NCBI GenBank assembly: GCA_034530875.2
Contig: JAVRCJ020000011.1
Location: 1-64,000 of the forward strand
Source: Nostoc sp. DedSLP01
GTDB lineage: Bacteria > Cyanobacteriota > Cyanobacteriia > Cyanobacteriales > Nostocaceae
Direction of reading: 5' to 3'
DNA length: 64,000 nucleotides
This document shows, piece by piece, positions 60,061 to 64,000 of this stretch (position 1 is its first letter; each line of letters begins with the position of its first letter). A model generated the notes under the pieces. It did no database searches, had not been told where the DNA came from, and saw only the letters and a list, made by a program, of their open reading frames with translations. The translations under genes and the position numbers were made by a program.

Positions 60061-61077
60061 TTACGAATTACGAATTGAACTAGCCGTCTCCCTAGCAGCT
60101 TCTCGCAGTCGCTCCACATCGCGCATCGGTGGCGCACCAAACAGCCGTTTGTACTCCCGGTTGAAGTGCGATGCATCGTCATACCCCACACGGTAAGCAG
60201 CACTAGTGGCGTCAAGGTTTTCCCCCAGCATCAGACGGCGGGCTTCCTGGAGCCGCAGTTGCTTTTGGAACTGCAAGGGACTCATTGCCGTGACAGACTT
60301 GAAGTGATGGTGGAAGCCTGAGACACTCATTCCCAGCTCTCGTGCGATGCTTTCAATGTGAAGCGGCTCCTTAAAATCTTTATGAAGTCGCGCGACGGCT
60401 CTGGCGATGTGGTGGGTGTTGCCACCCAGAACTACAATATGACGGAGGCGACTACCTTGCTCTCCCATCAGAAGTCGGTAAATGATTTCCCGCTTAATAA
60501 GTGGTGCAAGAACGTGAGCTTCAGCAGGAGAATCTAAAAGCCTGACGAGCCGCACCAAAGCATCCAAGAGATTTGCATCCAACGGACTGACGTCAATCGC
60601 TTTCACATCAGTACGGCTGTGCGATGAGGGATGCCCTGCCTCGACCATCAGCGAACCAACGAGGGTGGGGTCGAGATCGAGGCGGAGGCTAAGGTACGGT
60701 TGCGCTTGGGATGCTTGGAGAATCTGGCTGACAATCGGCAGTTCGACGGTAGCAAGCAGATAATGCATCGGGTCGTACTGATAGCGGTTGTTGCCCAGGA
60801 GAACTTCTTTGCTGCCTTGAGCGATCGCACAAAAGGCAGGCACAGAGACACCATGAACGCATTCCGATGGCGACGAGGAACGGTTGAGGTGCAATCCTTT
60901 TAGTGGCTCAATTGTCCCATCATTAGGGATAGCCCGTGCAATAGCAAGAGTCAGTTCGTCTCTGTTGGCTTGCGCTCTTTGAGCCTCGTGTTTTGCCTGC
61001 TGGTCATTCATTAAATCCATATCGGACTTTTCACTCGTTTTAGCAGCGTTCATTTCTAAGTTTGCAGGATTGTACAA
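60061..61077 (-). CDS. AraC-family regulator (YqhC-like)
   Basis: IAQGSKEV, REIIYRLL, MSPLQFQKQLRLQEARRLM, VGY..ASHFNREYKRLFG. Confidence 0.93.
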   Translation of the reverse strand: MYNPANLEMNAAKTSEKSDMDLMNDQQAKHEAQRAQANRDELTLAIARAIPNDGTIEPLKGLHLNRSSSPSECVHGVSVPAFCAIAQGSKEVLLGNNRYQYDPMHYLLATVELPIVSQILQASQAQPYLSLRLDLDPTLVGSLMVEAGHPSSHSRTDVKAIDVSPLDANLLDALVRLVRLLDSPAEAHVLAPLIKREIIYRLLMGEQGSRLRHIVVLGGNTHHIARAVARLHKDFKEPLHIESIARELGMSVSGFHHHFKSVTAMSPLQFQKQLRLQEARRLMLGENLDATSAAYRVGYDDASHFNREYKRLFGAPPMRDVERLREAARETASSIRNS

Positions 61078-61307
61078 CGATTTTAGAGAATTGTCATATT
61101 GCTTGCCCTTAAGGATTCCTAGAATGAAACTAAAGCAATGAAAAATGATTCGACCTTATTGTAAGCATTCTGGATTTTTATCCAAGAGAAAACTCAGTTT
61201 GAATTGGGCAAGAGATTTACCTACTAACAACCAAAACACCATCCCTACTGATAGATTAGGCGCTAAGTGCCGAATCTCTACAATTGCGACAACCGCCCAA
61301 ATGGCCG

Positions 61308-61463
61308 ATTTGGTTGCCGCCAGGTGAGAAGCATTGGCACGGTGTCACTCCAACTACGGCTATGACCCACATTGCCATTCAGGAACAGCTCGATGGCAAG
61401 ACCGTGGACTTGATGGAAAAAGTCAGTGACGAACAATACCAAGCGTCAAAACTAAACAAATAG
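61308..61463 (+). pseudogene. C-terminal half of a small cupin gene (hydroxynitrile-lyase-type cupin family)
   Basis: [44 protein letters not shown]; in-frame stop at 61257 and no first cupin motif; not in ORF track. Confidence 0.8.
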
Positions 61464-61475
61464 ATCGTCAATATT

Positions 61476-62534
61476 ATGTACAAAACGCAAGCTTATTCCG
61501 CGGCCAGTGCAACATCACTGCTGTCCTCTACCAAAATCGAGCGTCGCGATCCTACAGAAAACGACGTGCAGATTGAGATCCTCTTCTGCGGTATCTGCCA
61601 CTCCGACCTCCATTCAGTACGTAACGAGTGGAGCAGTTTCATGTCAACTGTTTACCCGATTGTCCCCGGTCATGAGATCGTGGGTCGTGTCACCGAGGTC
61701 GGCTCGGCAGTTACCAAGTATAAGCCCGGGGATCTCGTGGGGGTCGGCTGTATGGTCGATTCGGATGGAACCTGCCCGCAGTGTAAAGCTGGCTTTGAGC
61801 AGTTCTGCCCTTCCATGACCCTCACCTACAACTCCCCGGATAAGCACCTTGGAGGCGTTACCTATGGTGGATACTCCAATAGCATTGTCGTTGATGAACG
61901 CTTCGTTTTGCGCGTTCCCTCTAACCTCGATCTTGCTGGGGTTGCGCCACTCCTTTGTGCTGGAATCACAACATACTCGCCCATGCGCCACTGGGGTGTT
62001 ACTAAGGATAAGAAGGTTGGCGTAGTTGGTCTCGGTGGGCTGGGTCACATGGGTGTGAAGTTCGCCCGTGCCTTCGGAGCCTACGTTGTCGTCTTTACCA
62101 CCTCACCCGACAAAAAGGAAGACGCGCTGCGTTTGGGTGCCGATGAAGTGGTCGTCTCCCGTAATGCTGACGAGATGGACAAGCACGCTGGCAGTTTCGA
62201 CTTCATCCTCGACACCGTATCCGCCAATCACGACATCAATGCCTATCTCAACCTGCTGAAACGCGACGGCAACATCACCCTTGTTGGCGCGCCTCCAAAG
62301 CCGCTGGACATTGCGGCATTCAGCCTCATCGTAGCCCGCCGCAGTCTCTCCGGCTCTACCATTGGCGGTATTGCCGAAACCCAGGAGATGCTCGACTTTT
62401 GCGGCAAGCACAACATCACCGCTGATGTCGAAGTCATCCCCATTCAGCAGGTCAACGAAGCTTACGAGCGACTGCTCAACTCCGATGTGAAGTACCGCTT
62501 TTGTATCGATATGGCATCACTTAAATCTGAATAA
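61476..62534 (+). CDS. NADP-dependent zinc alcohol dehydrogenase (CAD/YahK type)
   Basis: CGICHSD, GHEIVG, APLLCAGIT, GLGGLGHM. Confidence 0.95.
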   Translation: MYKTQAYSAASATSLLSSTKIERRDPTENDVQIEILFCGICHSDLHSVRNEWSSFMSTVYPIVPGHEIVGRVTEVGSAVTKYKPGDLVGVGCMVDSDGTCPQCKAGFEQFCPSMTLTYNSPDKHLGGVTYGGYSNSIVVDERFVLRVPSNLDLAGVAPLLCAGITTYSPMRHWGVTKDKKVGVVGLGGLGHMGVKFARAFGAYVVVFTTSPDKKEDALRLGADEVVVSRNADEMDKHAGSFDFILDTVSANHDINAYLNLLKRDGNITLVGAPPKPLDIAAFSLIVARRSLSGSTIGGIAETQEMLDFCGKHNITADVEVIPIQQVNEAYERLLNSDVKYRFCIDMASLKSE

Positions 62535-63569
<1,035 letters not shown>

Positions 63570-63760
63570 GGGTCGATTGCAGTTTCTGGGCTTGGCATAA
63601 CCGCCCCTTAGGCCAGGCCCAGCTAAGGCCACTACATCCCAGACTGGATATAAAATTTCAGCAACATCCACAATAATAGTTGAGGCGGTTTTCCAATCGT
63701 CTCATTAAAAATACCCATGCTTGAAAGTCAGCGTCTATCATTAATAAAAAAATTATTGAT

Positions 63761-64000
63761 ATGAATGCTGAAGATTTTTTCAACCAAGGATTAAACAAAT
63801 ATTTGCAAGGGCAATATCAAGCAGCTATTACAGCTTATACCCAAGCAATCAACCTCAATCCTAATTACGCCGAGGCCTACCATAATCGAGGAATTATTTC
63901 AAGTTTTCAACACAAAGATTATCATAGCGCGATCGCCAATTTCAATCGCGCCGTAGAAATCAACCCCAATTTTGCCACAGCCTACTATCACCGCGCTAAT
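63761..64000 (+). CDS. TPR protein, runs off window end
   Basis: MNAEDFFNQG..AAITAYTQAINLNPNYAEAYHNRG..AIANFNRAVEINPNFATAYYHRAN. Confidence 0.85.
   Translation, partial: MNAEDFFNQGLNKYLQGQYQAAITAYTQAINLNPNYAEAYHNRGIISSFQHKDYHSAIANFNRAVEINPNFATAYYHRAN

Noticed and set aside
63594..63640. GCATAAC after the AKR gene as an attC site
   Set aside because: No matching core or attC-like palindrome, and the island is an operon with a divergent regulator rather than cassettes.

Overview
A 64 kb chromosomal window from a cyanobacterium, most likely a filamentous Nostocales genome. This is inferred from dense HIP1 octamers (GCGATCGC), 7-mer STRR tandem repeats, ocp-frp, ycf23, Uma2 and pentapeptide-repeat genes. 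It holds about 55 protein genes; I found no rRNA, tRNA or CRISPR array. Recognisable genes include sucD/sucC, cobU, aroA, hisS, tenA, OCP1 with FRP, an adenylate cyclase, a DUF433/DUF5615 toxin-antitoxin pair and a glycosyltransferase/acetyltransferase polysaccharide block. The strongest candidate for an undescribed system is an operon at 49.8-56 kb. It encodes a red-chlorophyll-catabolite-reductase-like bilin reductase, a nitrilase-fold protein whose Glu-Lys-Cys triad reads Glu-Arg-Ser, an aldehyde dehydrogenase and, further on, a DUF3598 barrel protein. A nearby cyclic amidohydrolase/reductase/NTF2 block and a VOC protein may belong with it, and together they would fit linear-tetrapyrrole (bilin) catabolism; this is inference. 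Other notable signals: a SucCD pair lacking the catalytic phospho-His, an XPB-like helicase plus DUF790 (Bax1-like) nuclease pair, a highly structured ~190-nt leader, a GFA gene with integron-cassette hallmarks, 21-nt elements inserted in frame into HIP1 sites, many MITEs (one splits an esterase gene), and several unannotated small ORFs and gene remnants. All family assignments come from motif recognition by eye, not database searches.
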